Assembly: GCF_009914755.1 (NCBI RefSeq)
Contig: NC_060928.1
DNA from: the human T2T-CHM13v2.0 reference genome, Homo sapiens
DNA length: 64,000 nucleotides
Strand: one strand, 5' to 3'
A model generated the notes under the pieces. The model was not told where the DNA came from, did not search any database, and worked only from the letters and a program-made list of their open reading frames with translations. The translations under genes were made by a program, and so were the position numbers. Below, one piece after another: positions 28,096-43,299 of this stretch (positions are counted from its first letter, which is position 1; every line of letters begins with the position of its first letter).

Positions 28096-28599
28096 AATGA
28101 CAGAGCAGAAAGGCTGAAAAGAGTAACTATAAGAATGAGTAAAAGAGTTTCATAGGGGGAGAAAAAAGTACACCCAAGTAAAGATGGAATGCCAATGTTT
28201 TAGTTCTAAAATTATTTCTAAAATTTTCATAAATTTCTGGGGGAAAAAAGTGTTCTTTCTACTGTGGTCTTCAGGAAGGCTTGGATTTCTGAAGCTCTTC
28301 TTATGAAATAATGCCATCTACAGTAATATCAGATTTCCTTAGCCTAGCATTTCACTTAAAATTTGTAAATAGTCATTTAATTGTTTATTTATAAATTTTT
28401 AAAAATAAATAAGCACCATGAGAAATCTAATTGTTTCAAATATGAGATTGACAAGCTCACAGAGTTTGTATTGGCAAAGCTAGTTATGGTCATGCTATAT
28501 AATGTGATAGTACAGGAGTACCCTGCTCCAAATATTAATTCTTATAACTGTATTCTTTCTTTCCTCCTTTCCACAAACTATGCTTTGTGTGCTTAAATG

Positions 28600-29390
28600 A
28601 GAGTCAGCCATTTGATCAGGAACTATGGATCAAATGAAGAGCAAGCAGACACAGTCCTTTGTCCTCATGGGGCTTCCAGTCTAATGAGAGTCAGACAATA
28701 GCTAATAATCACACACACACATACACACACACACTCAATAGTGCACCTGTAAAAATATTACAAGATGAGTACATTGTCCTATTAGTCCACAAGGAAAGAA
28801 AAGTTTATGAGATAATGCTTATTCTTATTAGGCATAACCTATTCTGACATTTTTTCTTCCATTCTTTTTCCTTAAAAAATTCTGGTCATAAATTTCTAAA
28901 TTTATTTCATAATCTATTACCATGGGAGGATTTGCCTTAGTCAGAGAGAAGACTTCTCTAAGGAAGTGATGATTGAGTTGAGGTAAAAAATGAGTAAGGG
29001 TTAATTAGGTGAAAGAAGGCAGAAAATGGACAAAGAGACATGAAAGTAGAGGATACAGCAAGTGCAAAACCCGGGAACAGGAGGAAGTAGATGTGTCCTT
29101 GGGACTGAAGGAAGGCCAGTGTGTGGAGGCAGTGCAGAGAACAAGGAGGAGCCTCATGCCTGATGAGGATGGAGAGACAGGATGGCTAAAGCCAGGCAGG
29201 GTCTGGATATGTTAAGGACAGTTGCCTTTGAAAACAATGGATTACATTGAAGATGATATGAGCCAATTATGCAAAAGATAGGGGTAAGGATAGATGTGGG
29301 TAGAACAGGTAGGAAACTGCTGAGTTAATCCGGGAAATGGAAAACCATACCCTAGTTTTGGGTATATGCCAGTGGATATGGAAAGAAGTG
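28600..29390 (-). mobile_element. L2 fragment
   Basis: agacacagtcctttgtcctcatggggcttccagtcta; gaaggccagtgtgtggagg; typical antisense L2. Confidence 0.6.
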
Positions 29391-29483
29391 TTTTCTCAAC
29401 GTTAAAAGTTAATTCCTATTATAACACAAAAGAATGGCTTATAATGTTGATTAGCAAATACATGTCAGTTTCTACACAAGTAA

Positions 29484-29612
29484 TCACCTGAGGAAGCTGA
29501 TTGAAATTGATTCCTGGGCCCTAATCTCAAAGATTTTGATACAATGGGTCTGTGGTGGAGCTCTGGTATATGTATGTATTTTAAAGCTCCATAGGGATTC
29601 TGATATGCAAGA
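29484..29612. mobile_element. MER5A-like DNA transposon remnant
   Basis: tcacctgagga...gattcctgggccc...gggtctgtggtggagc...gattctgatatgca. Confidence 0.6.
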
Positions 29613-29659
29613 GGAATAGGAAATTATTAAGAGGATGATTTTCTTCCTTTTTACTATTC

Positions 29660-30690
29660 TTATTTCCCAAGTGACATAATCCAATTCTTTCGTGTAAATT
29701 CTATCCATGTGATAGTGACTCTCAAATTTATATAATACAAGCCCAAAACTCTTTCTTGAATTACACATTCCTATATCTGTTTACATATTTACTTGGATGA
29801 TCTAACAAAAATTTTTAACCTTAACATGAACAAAATTAAACTTAAATACCCAGCCATTTCCCATCTAATCTTCTTTTCCTTGAGTTTTCCTATCTCAATG
29901 ATGGCAAATTAATGCTTCCACTTACTCAGGCTAATCTCAGAGCCATCCTTACTACACCATCTATGGCATGCTTTACATCCAGTTCCCCAGTGAGTCCTGA
30001 CAGCTATACCTTTCAAAGATACCTTTAACCCTGCAACTTCTCACCAGTTCCATGGCTTTCCTTCTAGACTGAGGCATCATCATCTTGCACTTGAACTATT
30101 GTAACCGCCTTCACACTAAGTTCTCTTTATCATTCTTTGCCTCCCTTTATTCTATTTTTGACACAGCATATGAAAAGAGTTTTAAAAAGAAAAGTAGATT
30201 ATTTTGCTCTTTTGTTAAAAATTCTCCAAATGGCTTTATAGGTCACCTAAAAGAAACCCAAGTTCTTATAGACAAAACCTTCCAATCTTACAACCCCTGA
30301 CTACTTCTTGTTAATACTGCTCAGTCACACTCTCCTTCAATATAGCAACAAAACTCTTAACCTTGGAATATTGAAGCCTTACTTACTTACCTCGGAATAT
30401 TTAAAGACAATAATTTTTTCCTGGAGTTGCATGATTATTCCTTCACTTATTTCAGATTTTTTCTCTGATATCATTGTAGGAGTCCTTCAATCACTCTGTA
30501 TAAAATAAATATGTACACATACACAGGCACACCTATCTTTGTTTTCTTACCTGTCAACTGTAACCATAATAAAATGACTACTACTTGAGAGAGAAACTTG
30601 GCTTGGCTTATTGCTATATCCTCAATGCCTTTAGCATTGCTTGGTATTTAGTAGAAGCTCAATAAATATTTGAGGGATGAATAAATGAAT
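29660..30690 (+). mobile_element. L2 3' portion
   Basis: Ends with the L2 terminal ctcaataaatatttg...gatgaataaatgaatg. Confidence 0.65.
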
Positions 30691-32138
30691 GGCAGGTAGA
30701 GATGGTGAAACAGGGGAGGCAAAGAGAATGAGGTAGGTGGTATGATCCTGGAAAGTGCACAATGCGATCTCTGACATGCCTGCTTCCCATTGGAAAAAGA
30801 CAAATTCCTCATTCCTCTTCTTGGTAGGCAAAGCTGTACATATGTGAAGTGGACCTTAGGAGAAGCAAGGAAGAATAGCGGGCCGTGGTAAACTGTATTG
30901 GCACTGCTGTCAGATGGCAGTTTTGAACTTCACCTCCCTCACTTATTTACAATAAGAGGTAAGTAGAATACCAACAGTCACAATCTTTCTAGTGTTGACC
31001 TAGTTATACCTTTATATTTTGTGAATAGAGGATCAAGTACCAGATAAAAAGAGGAAGACAGTTGAGAAAAACAAAAAGCCTGATTCAGCAGGGGATTTAC
31101 TGTGTCATGTTACACCACATCCTGTTACCTTTTAAAGCCATCATCCAGTATTGTGTGTTCCAGCAGCATAAGGATGGTTCAGAACAACTATATTCAACAT
31201 CAGCAATAATTGCCAGAGGTAATCAATTCCCACTTTAGTCGACATGGCCATTAAATGATGAAGAAAAGCACAAGTGAGAAATCTGTCTCTTTATAATCCA
31301 AGCATTTGGAGACACAATAGGTGAATTATAGCATTTTGTACATATACAATTATATTTTTACACCCAATCACAATATTTAGAGTGAAGAGATCAAAAACTG
31401 TGTTAGAAAATATTTTAATATATTTTGTTATTTATATTTTTCCTCACCTCCCCAATATATATACATAGATTAGTAAATCTCCTAAATATTAGCTCTCATC
31501 CAATCATATTATTTAGAGTTTCTATGACCTATAAGCATGTTTAAATAAATTGGGAGCCAATTTACAATTTTAATATTTACCAAGATGTTAAACATCAAAA
31601 TTTATGTCACAGGTATCAACATGCTTAAAGCACCAGGTTGGTGAAACCTCTCTTAGAAATTATTGATCCAGTCACGAAAATGTGGTTTGGCATTAATATT
31701 GTTTTCACTAGAGATCTCTGATTTGGCACTCTGATATCTCATACTGCTAAATCAACATGCAGCCCATCCTTGCTTCCGTCATTACGTATCAGGGGATTTT
31801 TGTAAGCCTCAATTTTGGATAAGTTGACCAGTAACAAATTAATCTTTAAATCAGACACTGAAGCAAAAATGTCATGGTTGAACATGAAGCAAACATTTCT
31901 TTGTAAAATTCAAGTTTTAAATCACACCTGCTACCAGACTCTAGGGAAAAGTATCTGCTCAGAAAGAGAAAAAAAAAATGGGTAGAGTGAATATATTAGA
32001 AAGACCTCCTCTACGCTTTGTCCATCACAGAGAAAAAGCCCTAACCCAACTTCCTGTTATGGTGGGCAACTGTGGTGTACACAAAAGTCTGGGACCAGAC
32101 AGTTTTCTGCTACAGCCCTAGCTGGTTGCTTATACCAT

Positions 32139-32492
32139 TAACATGGTTTGGCTCTCAAATCTCATCTTGTAGCTCCCATAGTTCCCACGTGTTGTAGGAG
32201 GGACCCAGTGGAAGGTGATTGAATTATGGGGGTGGGTCTTTCCTGTGCTGTTCTCATGATAGTGAATGGGTCTCATGAGACCTGATGGTTTTAAAAATGG
32301 GAGTTGTTCTGCACAAGCTCTCTTTGCCTGCCACCATCCACATAAGACATGACTTGCTCCACTTTGCCTTCCGCCATGATTGTGAGGCCTCCCCAGCCAT
32401 GTGAAACTGTGAGTCTAATTAAACCTCTTTCTTTTGCAAATTGCCCAGTCTCGGGTACGTCCTTATCAGCAGCATGAAAACGGACTAATACA
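32139..32492 (+). mobile_element. THE1(A/B) MaLR solo LTR
   Basis: (t)aacatggtttggct...ttgcccagtctcgggtacgtccttatcagcagcatgaaaacggactaataca; 5-bp TSD accat/aacat. Confidence 0.9.
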
Positions 32493-34342
32493 AACATCAA
32501 GCAATCAGCTAGGCCTGTAGCAGGATGAGGTCCAGCCCCTGACTTGCAGCTGAGTGGATCCACTCCCCTGGTAGGTCTTTTGGTGATAAAAAGAGGAGAA
32601 AAAAATGAAATGAATGAAGAATAAATGAGGAGTACGAGTCTCTGGTGCTATTTAATATTAAACACAAGGCAGTGTTGACCTAGACACTGAGGCAAGGAAT
32701 GGTGATGAAAGGGTGGGACGGAGGCAAACATGAAACACATTACTGGGTGATCTCCAGGCAGTGCAGCTGTGTGTTCTGATGAGTCAGACATAACTGGGGA
32801 AACTTGGTTTCAACCACCAGGAAATTAAAGCACTTAAAAATTGTTTAGGGGTGAGAGAATATAAATTCATGTGTCATTTCTAGGAAATAACTAACTTTTT
32901 AACTTAATAACATCTCACATACCAAATGTCCACCTAACTTCGTATAGCCTGGGGAAATGGTGCTATGTTTAGTGTTTTAAACATTGTGATCTCCAGGTCA
33001 TATGATACTGATTTTTAAGACATTGAGGAGACAAGAAGAGTCAAACATTTATCCATTTCAGACATCACTATTTCTGGATAGAATCAGGAGGGGCACTTCT
33101 CCCATTGCCGCCAAACTGTGAGCTAAGGGGTTCTACAAACTACAAAGACTAAAGGATTTATATTGACCCCTCCTATATCAGCTGGTCTTCACAATAACAC
33201 ATAGAGATGATGGGGCAGCTGTTAAAACACCTTTCTTCCTGCACAGAGCACTCAGATGAGTACATAACACTTGAAAGAGAGTAAGGCCTAGAAGGTTGTG
33301 GGAACTGTCCAAGGTGACAGGGGAAGAAGATACCTGAGAACTAATAGATAAGTCAGCACCTATCACAACCAATTTTAAAGACAAACCAAAAAGAGGAATT
33401 TTTCTCTAGCAAGAAGTCTCAGGCTTTTCTTAGCTTCCAAGGAAGACTTCTCTGAAGGTCAGGCTGTACCTGTAGGACTGGTGATTGGATAGATCTCAAT
33501 GTGTATAAAATGCCTGATGCGTCAAAAACCAGCTGTTGTTCAATGACTACATCTTTCTGGGAAGATTCTAGAGAAGTGGAGCAGAAATGATCAGTTGAAA
33601 GGAAAGGAGATTGATAAACATCTGTTGATACATTCTTGCTCAGGAGGTTGTTCAATGATCAAAGACTCTTAATACCTTAGAACTGTGATCTTACTATTAA
33701 AGTCTATTGAATGGCCATTTTAATGTAGAAAAGAGCAGAAAAGGAAAGAGAAGGGAAAGGAAATGAATAGGAAAAGGGATGCATATGTTAAATTCTTAAA
33801 TATCCATGTAAATACAGGGGGAAATAAAAACTTATGTGTTGACTCTGAAAATGCTATTTCTGAGGACAGTGGAGAGAGGAATAATAGAGCAGATTCTGGC
33901 AGATGAGGTTCATTTAGAAAACGTGAGAACAGATGATAGCTGCAATCAAATGTTTCTATGAAGGACTATGTGAGTGCTAAGAGATCACCCCATCACCCTA
34001 ATTTTTGGTGGTAGCAGTTGGAATTTTGTCAATGAAAAAAAGGGAAACTGTATTCAAGGCTTAAGGAGAAGAGAACACCACAAAGTCAGCCCTGGGACCT
34101 CAGCTCATGCCTTGTCTATAGGCATTGATGTGGCTGTAATACCATGGTGAGGTCATGGCTCCCACATTAAAAGCTTTGAGGGTTTTGTGTAGCCAGAGTT
34201 CTTTTCCTAAGTAGAGTCTACATATCCTTACCCCATATAAAACAAACATCCCAGTGACATACTTAGGTCTCTGTTACCACCATGAAACAATTTAGTTACT
34301 CACCAAAGGAACCACCATTTGGAACTAAGAAAATGGCCTCTA

Positions 34343-34855
34343 AAATGAAATCCTGCCATTTGCAGCAACATAGATGGAACTGGAGTACATTATGTTAACT
34401 GAAATAAACCAGACACAGAAAGGTAAATTTTGCATGTTCTCATTTATATTTTGGAGCTAAAAATTAAAACGATTGAACTCATGGTGATAGATAGTTGAAT
34501 GATGGTTACTAGAAGGTGGGAAGGGTAGTGGGGGTTGGGGGAAATTGTGTAGTTTATGGGTAAAAATATATAGCTAGATAAAATGAATAAGATTTAGTGT
34601 TTAATAACAAAAATGTGACTATAAGCAACAATAATTTATTGTACCTTTAAAAATAATTAAAAGAGTAGAATTGGAATGTTCCTAACATAAAGAAATGAAA
34701 AATGCTTGAGGTGATGAATAGATTGATTATCCTGATGTGATTATTACACATTGTATGCCTGTGTCAAAACATCACAGGTACCCTATAAATCTTTACACCT
34801 ATTATGGGCCCATAATAATTAAAAAATTAAAAAATTTTAAATGAGAATAAAGAGA
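34343..34855 (+). mobile_element. 5'-truncated L1MA 3' end with 13-bp TSD
   Basis: L1MA 3' UTR; aaaatggcctcta at 34330-34342 and 34856-34868. Confidence 0.85.
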
Positions 34856-37311
34856 AAAATGGCCTCTATGAACTGGAGAAGAAACATAGGAACACAAATG
34901 GTAGAGGACTTTAGTCTCTTAATGACAAACCAGACTCAGAAGTACCAAAGTTTATTTTTTAACAGACAAGCCTTTATTAGGAAATCAACTGAAGATAGAA
35001 GGAAGGACAATTTTGAAGATCTTTTCTGATTATTGCCTGTCTCTCCTGTCACTTAATGTTATGAGACAACAGCCTTGTTCCTCATACAGTCAGAGATCAA
35101 TAATGTCTTTGTAACAAATGCATTAATAGATTAATTAACAGAAATAAACCTTTATGATTTGAGTTCTAGTGCCTTTCAACTGAGGGTATATTATGAAGAG
35201 ATTGAAATTCTTTGCAGAAATTGTTACATTAAAGAAACAGATGGATATGGGTCTTCTATTTCATAGAGACCCAACATGAACTACAGCAGCAATAGCAGTG
35301 ACAGGTCTAGTCCAAGGTCTTGGCACATTATTCTAAGAGTAAGCTAGGAAAAATTAATCAACTTGGCTACCAGAACGTAGAGGTGGGGACAAAAATAAAA
35401 TAATAATCTCTTTTCGTCTTGCATATCCTCTTAGAAGACCTCATGAGTTGAATACAAATAGCTGTTAATTGAGGAAAGTTTCATTGCATATGTATTAGCA
35501 GGGTATATTGAAGGGTCATTCATGGATAGGATTATGGTACTTTCTCTACATAAAGTGAATGTTGGCTATTCACAAGACAAATTATTAAATTAATCAGTGA
35601 TTCATGGAAGTGTTAGAATAAGTCTTGGGGATTGCTTTATTAGAGATTAGTGACATTAGGACATCTGTTGCATAATAGGACTATTGGTAAAGAGTGGGCA
35701 AGAGAGTTATTACAAGATCCCATTATCCAAATATATCACCAATTCAAAAAGAATTCTGAAAAACAGCATGTAAATGTCTATTGATTATAATACTCTTAAT
35801 TGTCTATTTAAGGCCAGTTATAAAAGCAGTAATTTTGACCTCCATATCAATCAGGATGAATTTGTTTGCTTATTACAAAATTAGTGTTTTATAGTTAGGA
35901 TGATATCACCAGATAGATGAAGAGGAATAGGAAAACCCCACCTTTGCTCAGTGCAGTTTCTCATGCCTTTAAATAATAAGTGTCTCAGGAGATGTATCAG
36001 AAGTCCCTGATAGGTTTCAACACAAAATGAAGAAGGTGGTTTATGGTGAGACCCACCTAGATGGGTAACTGTAGCAGCAGGTAGTGGCAGTGACAGCAGC
36101 TATAACTTGTTTTAGCAGTAGCTGCAGCAGCAGCTATAATAAAAGCATCCACTGCCCAGTGTTGCATGTTGAGTGTCAGCGATGCAAGCCATGGTGTCTC
36201 TGACCTGTGGGAAAAGCTTACTTTACCTTCACCAGTCTGGTTCTGCTACATGAATTTGGGCATCGTTCTCGATGTGCATCCTCTGAGACTTGCTCTCTGG
36301 CCCTCCTAAAATTTATGTGAGCTTCTGAGTGTCTTTTTAAAATATACTTCTTTTCTGTTTAAATTGTCATTTGTTATTTGTAACTGATTGTATCATTGTC
36401 TTTAGCAAGCTGTTAGGGTAAAAGAATCTGCATGAAGTCTCTTTCAATATCTCCCTGGAGAAAGCCAGTTCTGTGAGGCTTTTATGCACAAGGTGCTCCT
36501 CAGGAGGGAGTGAGCAGCAAAGTAACCAAAAGTTATTCCTGACATCCCACTGATAATCAGCAGTTTCTTTGGGAAGCAAAGTTACAGAGCAAAAAGATTA
36601 TGGGCCTTGTAACCAGAAACTACCATTTACAGTGTCTATAACAAGTTGATTAATCTCTCTGGGACCTTTTTTTCCTTATATGTATACACAAATAATAACA
36701 TTTATTTTGCAGGGCTGTTATAAGATTGTGGGAAAATTGATATGAAGGATTGAGCCAGGTGCTGTAGAAGATGAAAAATGAGTTGGGTAATGCAGGAAGA
36801 AGAAAATGAATTGAACATGAGGAAAAACAGTGAGACTGATGATCACTAAATATTGGGGTCCTCAATGCACCATTTGAGACCATGATGTGAGCTCTCTCTC
36901 TAGGTGGATTCCACAAGTCATTCCTTATGTGATGTCTCTCACACACATAGCTTCAGCACAAACTTCTTCCCTGAGTTCCAGAATCATAAACAACTTGTTC
37001 CATGATATTTTCACTTGGATATTTCACAGGAATTTACAATTTTAAACGTCTAAAAGAGGATTTTTTTTTTATTCCACTGCTGTGTAAACATGTATTTCCC
37101 CATTCTTTCATATCTCAATCAATGGCATCCCCATACAGAGTTGTTTCCATCAAACAACAAGGAAACATTCTTGAATCTTCCATTGCCAGTATCCAAACTC
37201 TTCAGAATGTCCTGGAGGTTGTAACTGTGAAATATATAGAGACTCTTTCATCATCTCTATGTCTCAATAGATATCATCCTAGCCCAATCCGTCATAATTT
37301 TTCATCCAGAA

Positions 37312-37525
37312 CAAGGGTTGCCAAACTTTCCGTAAAGGACCAGAAAGTAATTTTGTTGTTGTTTTGCAGGATATACAGTTTCTTTCACAATTATTCAACA
37401 CCGTCATTACAGTGTGAAAGTAGCCATATGTAAAATGTGTGCAAATCATTGCAGCCGTGTTTTGCTAAAGCTTTATTTACAGACATGTGGCAGACCAGAC
37501 TTAGACCATCCTGATAGTTTGCTTA
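37312..37525. mobile_element. MER58A-like hAT transposon
   Basis: gggttgccaaactttccgtaaaggaccaga...ctttatttacag...tagtttgc. Confidence 0.65.
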
Positions 37526-37526
37526 G

Positions 37527-37879
<353 letters not shown>

Positions 37880-38885
37880 TAACTTGAGTTTCTTAATCCA
37901 AAGTTGACACTACGACATTTCCACACAGAAGTCAGATTAAAAAAAAACAAAAACAAAAACAAAAAAAAAAACAGATCATACCTTCTTGTAACATAACATC
38001 CTTGAATTGCTTTCTACTGCAAATAAAATAAGTTATAAACTCTGCATCTTGGCCTAGAAATTTCTGCATGACCATGTCCCTGATGACCTCTGTGATCTCA
38101 CTCATGTCATTTTCCCCCTTTCTAAGTTCCAGCCATCAGCTGCTACTCTTAGTTATGAAAACATAGCAAACTCGTCCTGCTTCTGACTTTTGTCCTGCCG
38201 TGTGTTCTGCCTGGAACCCTCATTTCTATGCTCTTTGCAGGTGTGTATCATTTCTATTCTTCTGGTGTCAGCTTAAAATTTCACCTTCTTAGTGACCATT
38301 GTTCTAAGCTAAGCATTCCCAGCCCATGATCTTTTTGATCAAGTGGTGATGTTACTCTGACTCATAGATCTACCATAGTCTCTATATTGTTTCTTTGACT
38401 GTTTTATTTTTACTTCTCCCACTAGCAAATGAGGAGAGTCCCATGAGGACAAGGTCCTGTACTGCTCTGTTCATCATGTATCTTGAGCACTAACACAATG
38501 AAGATTCTCCGTAAATAGAAATTGGGTATTTGAATGAATAAAATGAAAATAGAGAAAGCTAGGTGCAAATGAAGAGTCATTCTGCAAGGCAGGGAGAAAT
38601 TAATTGAGAAAGTTTCTACCAGACAATGATAAAGAGTGACATAGAGAGGGAGAAGAAGAGGGAGAAAGGGGAGGGAGGGAGGGAGGGAGAGAGAGAGATA
38701 GAGAGAGAGAGGAATTGAAAAGACTAAACCAGGGAAGGTTCAAATTTGTGCTGAAGGGAACAGAAGAGCTGACTAAGACAAAATAAAAGACTTTATGTGG
38801 CATTGAATCAGCAGAAATAAATTGGGAAACATGAGGTGCTGTGATCTGGATGCTTGTATGACTTCTTAAAAATTTTCTTGACACA

Positions 38886-39273
38886 TATATTAATCCATTT
38901 CCACACTGCTATAAAGGATTGCCCCAAACTGGGTAATTTATAAAGAAAAGAGGTCTAATTGATTCACAGTTCTCTATGGCTGGAAGCCCTTAGGAAACTT
39001 AAAATTGTGGCAGAAGGCCAAGGGGAAGCAAGACACATCTTACATAGCAGCAGTGGGGAGAGAGAAACAGAGAGAGAAGTGCCACACTTAAAGCCATCAG
39101 CTCTTGTGAGAACTTGCTCACTATCACAAGAGCAGCATGGGGGAAACCACCCCTGCCCTAGGAACCCTCCTCACCCCATTATTCAATCACCTCCCACCAG
39201 GTCCCTCCCTCCACATGTGGGGATTACTATTCAAGATGAGATTTGGGTGGGGACACAGGGACAAACCATAACA
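38886..39273 (-). mobile_element. THE1D/MSTA-type MaLR solo LTR
   Basis: tatattaatccatttccacactgctataaag...gagatttgggtggggacacag...aaaccataaca; TSD acaca/acaga. Confidence 0.87.
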
Positions 39274-39559
39274 ACAGATATGGTATACCTTATTATTGTT
39301 ATCATTACTATTATTATATTATAGACTTATGAAGCACTGCAGAAGTATATTCTGAAGGCTTGATGAGAAAAACAGGCCAGTAAGAACATTCTAAGCATTT
39401 GTCAGACAGACTCTTTTTAATGCTTTAAAGAAATGCTTTTCAAACATTAGTGTGCAAAAGAAAAATCTCCTAGAGAGCTTGTTAAAATACAGATTCCTAA
39501 CAACCTCACTCTCTCATCCTAATTTAGTAGTGGTCCTGGGACACCACCCAGGAATTATT

Positions 39560-41030
39560 TTTTCATTGAGATTACACTCACCTGCTGTAAAATTCACCCT
39601 TTTAAAGTGCTCACTTTAGTGGTTTTCAAAAAATGTTCACAAAGTTGTGTAATCATCACTATTATCTAATTCCAGAATATTATAAGCATCCCCCAAAGCC
39701 ACACCCATTACCAGTCACTCCCCATTCCTCCCTTGTCAAGACCCTGGCAACCACTAGTTTTCCTGTCCAATTGATTTGCCTATTCTGAACATTTTATTTA
39801 AGTGGAATCATCCAAAACAGCTTTTTGTATCTAGCTTCTTTTACTTTGCATAATGTTTTCTTTGTGCTGAATGAAATTAGCATAAGGCCCATCCATGTTG
39901 TAACATAAATCAGTACTTTTATGCTGGATAATATTCCATTGTAATAATATAAAGAACTCTTATACCACATTCTGATTATCCATTTTTCAATTGTGGACAT
40001 TTGGTTGTTCCTACTTTTCGGCTATTACAAATAATGTTGCTATGAGCTTTCATAAGTATGTTTTTGTATTGACATATATTTCCAATTCTTTTTGTTGTAT
40101 TCCTTAAAGTGAGATTGCTGGGTCATATAGAAGCTCTATGTTTAACATTTTAAGTAATTGTTAACTGTTTCCCAAAACTGCTGCGTTATTTACATTTCCA
40201 CCAGTAATGTATGAGGGTTCTAATTTTTCCACATCCTTGAAACACTTTATATTATCTCGTTGTGGTTTTGATTTATATTTCCCTAAGCACAATGAAGAAT
40301 ACATTAGTTAATATTGATGTTGAACATTTTTTCTCATACTTCCTGGTCATTTGTATATTTTCTTTGAAGAGATGTATATTTTAATACTTTTCCCAATTTT
40401 AATAGCGTTATTTGTCTTTGTGTCACTGCACTGTAAGACTTCTTTATACATTCTGGATACTAGGTGCTTACCATGTATATAATTTGAAAATATTATCTCC
40501 CATTTCATGGGCTGTCTTTTCACTTTCTTGTTAATGTCCTTTGATACACAACTTTTTAAAATTTTAATGAAGTCCAATTTGTTATTTGGTTGTTAGTGTC
40601 ATATCTAAGAAATAATTATCTAATACAAGATCACAAAGATCAAAGCCTAACTTTTTTCCTAAGAGTTTTATAGTTTTAGCACTTATATTTAGGTTGCTGA
40701 TGTATTTTGAGTCCAATTTTGTGTATGGTGTGAAGTAGTGGTCCAACTTCACTCTTTTGTATATTGATATATGATTGCCCAGCATTATTTATTTAAAAGA
40801 CTATTCTTTCTCCCATTTATTTATCTTGGCACCCTTGTTGAACACCAACTGATCATAAACTTATGGTTTTATTTCTGGACTCAATTCTATTGCATTGGTA
40901 TATATTGTCCACCGTAGGCCAGTACTACACAGCCTTGATTGTTGTAGCTATGTAGCAATTTTGAAATTGAGAAGTATGAGTCTTGCAAATTACTCCTTTT
41001 TAAAGATTGTTTTAGCTACTCTGGGTCTCT
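39560..41030 (-). mobile_element. L1MB-like 3' portion
   Basis: Minus ORFs MDFIKILKSCVSKDINKKVKRQPMKWEIIFSN and KLDHYFTPYTKLDSKYI are ORF2 C-terminal remnants. Confidence 0.8.
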
Positions 41031-42204
41031 TATTTCAGAATTTGCTTTTCAATTAGATAGAGTCCTTTTAACTTCTCATACTTTGTAGGCAGGGTACAAG
41101 GAGGCTGTGATTTAAGGTTTTGGTACCTACTTGATTAAAGATCCTGGGCTGACCTTGGTTGATTCCACAGTTTTTTTTAGCTTACATCATAATATCAATT
41201 TTGAGGCTTAGAAAATTTCTTATATCAGGATAAGAAGAATGAGAGTTTACAGATTTAAAAAAAAATATAACATTTCGTATTTCAAAATGCCAGAATTCTT
41301 TGCTCTGAGGAAAGTAACCGCATATGTAATCTGAGAGAACATGTCCCCAGCACTTTGCAAGCATAAACTAATGACTTCCTCTCTTACCTGTGCCTTTACC
41401 AGAGTCTAGCTAAAGACAGTTGGAGGAACAGGGAGTTGGCAGTCCTACTCACGGTAACTTCATAGTGTACTATAAATCACATGATGGCAAAAAGTATGCA
41501 GAACTTTTTCATTAAAGAATGTTCTTACAGAAATTCACAGTGAAAGAATCTGAACCATAACAGAGGATAGGAGAGAACAATAGAAAACACTTCAGAAGGG
41601 TAAAAACTGAGTTATTCCAGAAAAAAAAAATTTTGTAGATAAACCAGAATTAATTTTGCCCCAGAAAACTAATGTGAGTCCAGGTTAGATTGACTGATTG
41701 ATTAATTGATTGGCCCAAAATGGAAGAAGACATCAAATGCAAATGTGAGACTGCCAATTGAATATAAAACAAAAATGATTTAATTAAACTTTGTGAAACA
41801 CGTTGTCAATACTGGAATCAAAGTCGATGGATTATTGGAGTCAGTTATTGTAATTTTGGGACAGGCTTACAGAACAGGATCATATTTTGAAATACTAACT
41901 AATGTGTTTTCCTCCTGCGTACCCACAGCAGCAGAGTCAGCATATTCTATCAACTTGTTACTCCCACAGTGCCACATAGCACCTAACCTAAAACTAGCAA
42001 ATAATCCACTTCCATTTAAAGGAGCACTAAAATTATAATGCTTTCTTGTTGCCACCATTGAATATCTACCCTTAGCAGCATTCAGCATGTCACTCATTGA
42101 GGATGAAGAAGTAATCATAACTACCTATTTATTTAAATCTTGCTCAACTTTTTTTCCAAAATATGACACATGGACAATCCCTTTCTCGAGGCCCTACTTA
42201 TTTA

Positions 42205-43290
42205 CAGGAACATTGCAGATATATTGTGGGTTTGGTTCCAGACCACTGCAAGAAAATGAATATCAAAATAAAGTGAGTCGCAAAATTTTTTTGTTTCCCT
42301 GTGCATATAAAAGTTGTGTTTACATGATACTGTAGTCTATTAAGTGTGCTATGGCATTGTGTCTACAAAATAAGAATCCCTTAACTTTAAAATACTTTAT
42401 TACTAAAAACTGCTAACAATTGTTTAAGCCTTCACCACGTCATAATACTTTTCCTGGTGGAGAGTCTTGCCTCAATGTTGATGGCTGCTCACTGATCAGG
42501 AAGTTGGCTGCTGATGGTTGAGGTGGCTGTGGCAATTTCTTAAAAGAAGTCAGCAATGAGATTTGTGGCATTGATTGACTCTTCCTTTCACAAAAGATTT
42601 CTCTATAGCACATTATGTTGTTTGGCAGCATTTTATCCACAGCAGAACCTCTTCCAAAATTGGAGTCAATCCTTTCAATTCCTGATGTTGCTTTATCAAC
42701 AAAATTTATGATGTAATACTCCGTATCCTTTGTTATCATTTCAACAATCATCACAGCATTTTCACCAGGAGTAGATTCCATTTCAAGAAACCACTCTTTG
42801 TTCATCCATAAGAAGTAATTCTTCATTTATTCAAGTTTTGTGATGACATTGTAGCATTCAGTCACATCTTCGGGCTCCACTTCTAATTGTCTTACTATTT
42901 CTACCACATCTGCAGTTATTTCCTCCATTGAAGTATTGAACTTCTTAAAACTATCCATGAAGGTTGAAATCAACTTCTTCCAAACTCCTGTTAATGTTGA
43001 CATTTTGACTTCCTTCTATGAATCACAAATGTTAACAGTACTTAGAATGATGAATCCTTACCCAAAATTTTTCAATTTATTTTTCCCAGATCCATCAAAA
43101 GAATCACTATCTCTGGCAGCTACAGCCTTACAAAACGTATGTCTTAAATAATACTATTTGAAAGTCAAAATTACTTTTTGATCCATGGGCTGCAGAATAG
43201 ATTTTGTGTTCACAGGCATAAAGGCAACATTAATTTCTTTGTACATCTCCATCAGAATTCTTACATGACTATGTGCATTCTCAATGAGCA
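42205..43290 (-). mobile_element. Tigger1 (pogo/TcMar) DNA transposon, 3' part with one terminal inverted repeat
   Basis: TA|caggaacattgcagatatattgtgggtttggttccagaccac matches the Tigger1 end; ORF 42440-42826 (EMESTPGENAVMIVEMITKD...ERIDSNF) is a degraded transposase C-terminus. Confidence 0.88.
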
Positions 43291-43299
43291 AAAGAATTG

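Noticed and set aside
42440-42826. 128-aa ORF as a possible domesticated transposase (TIGD-like)
   Set aside because: Only the degraded C-terminal part of a truncated Tigger1; upstream frame is broken and the DNA-binding domain is absent
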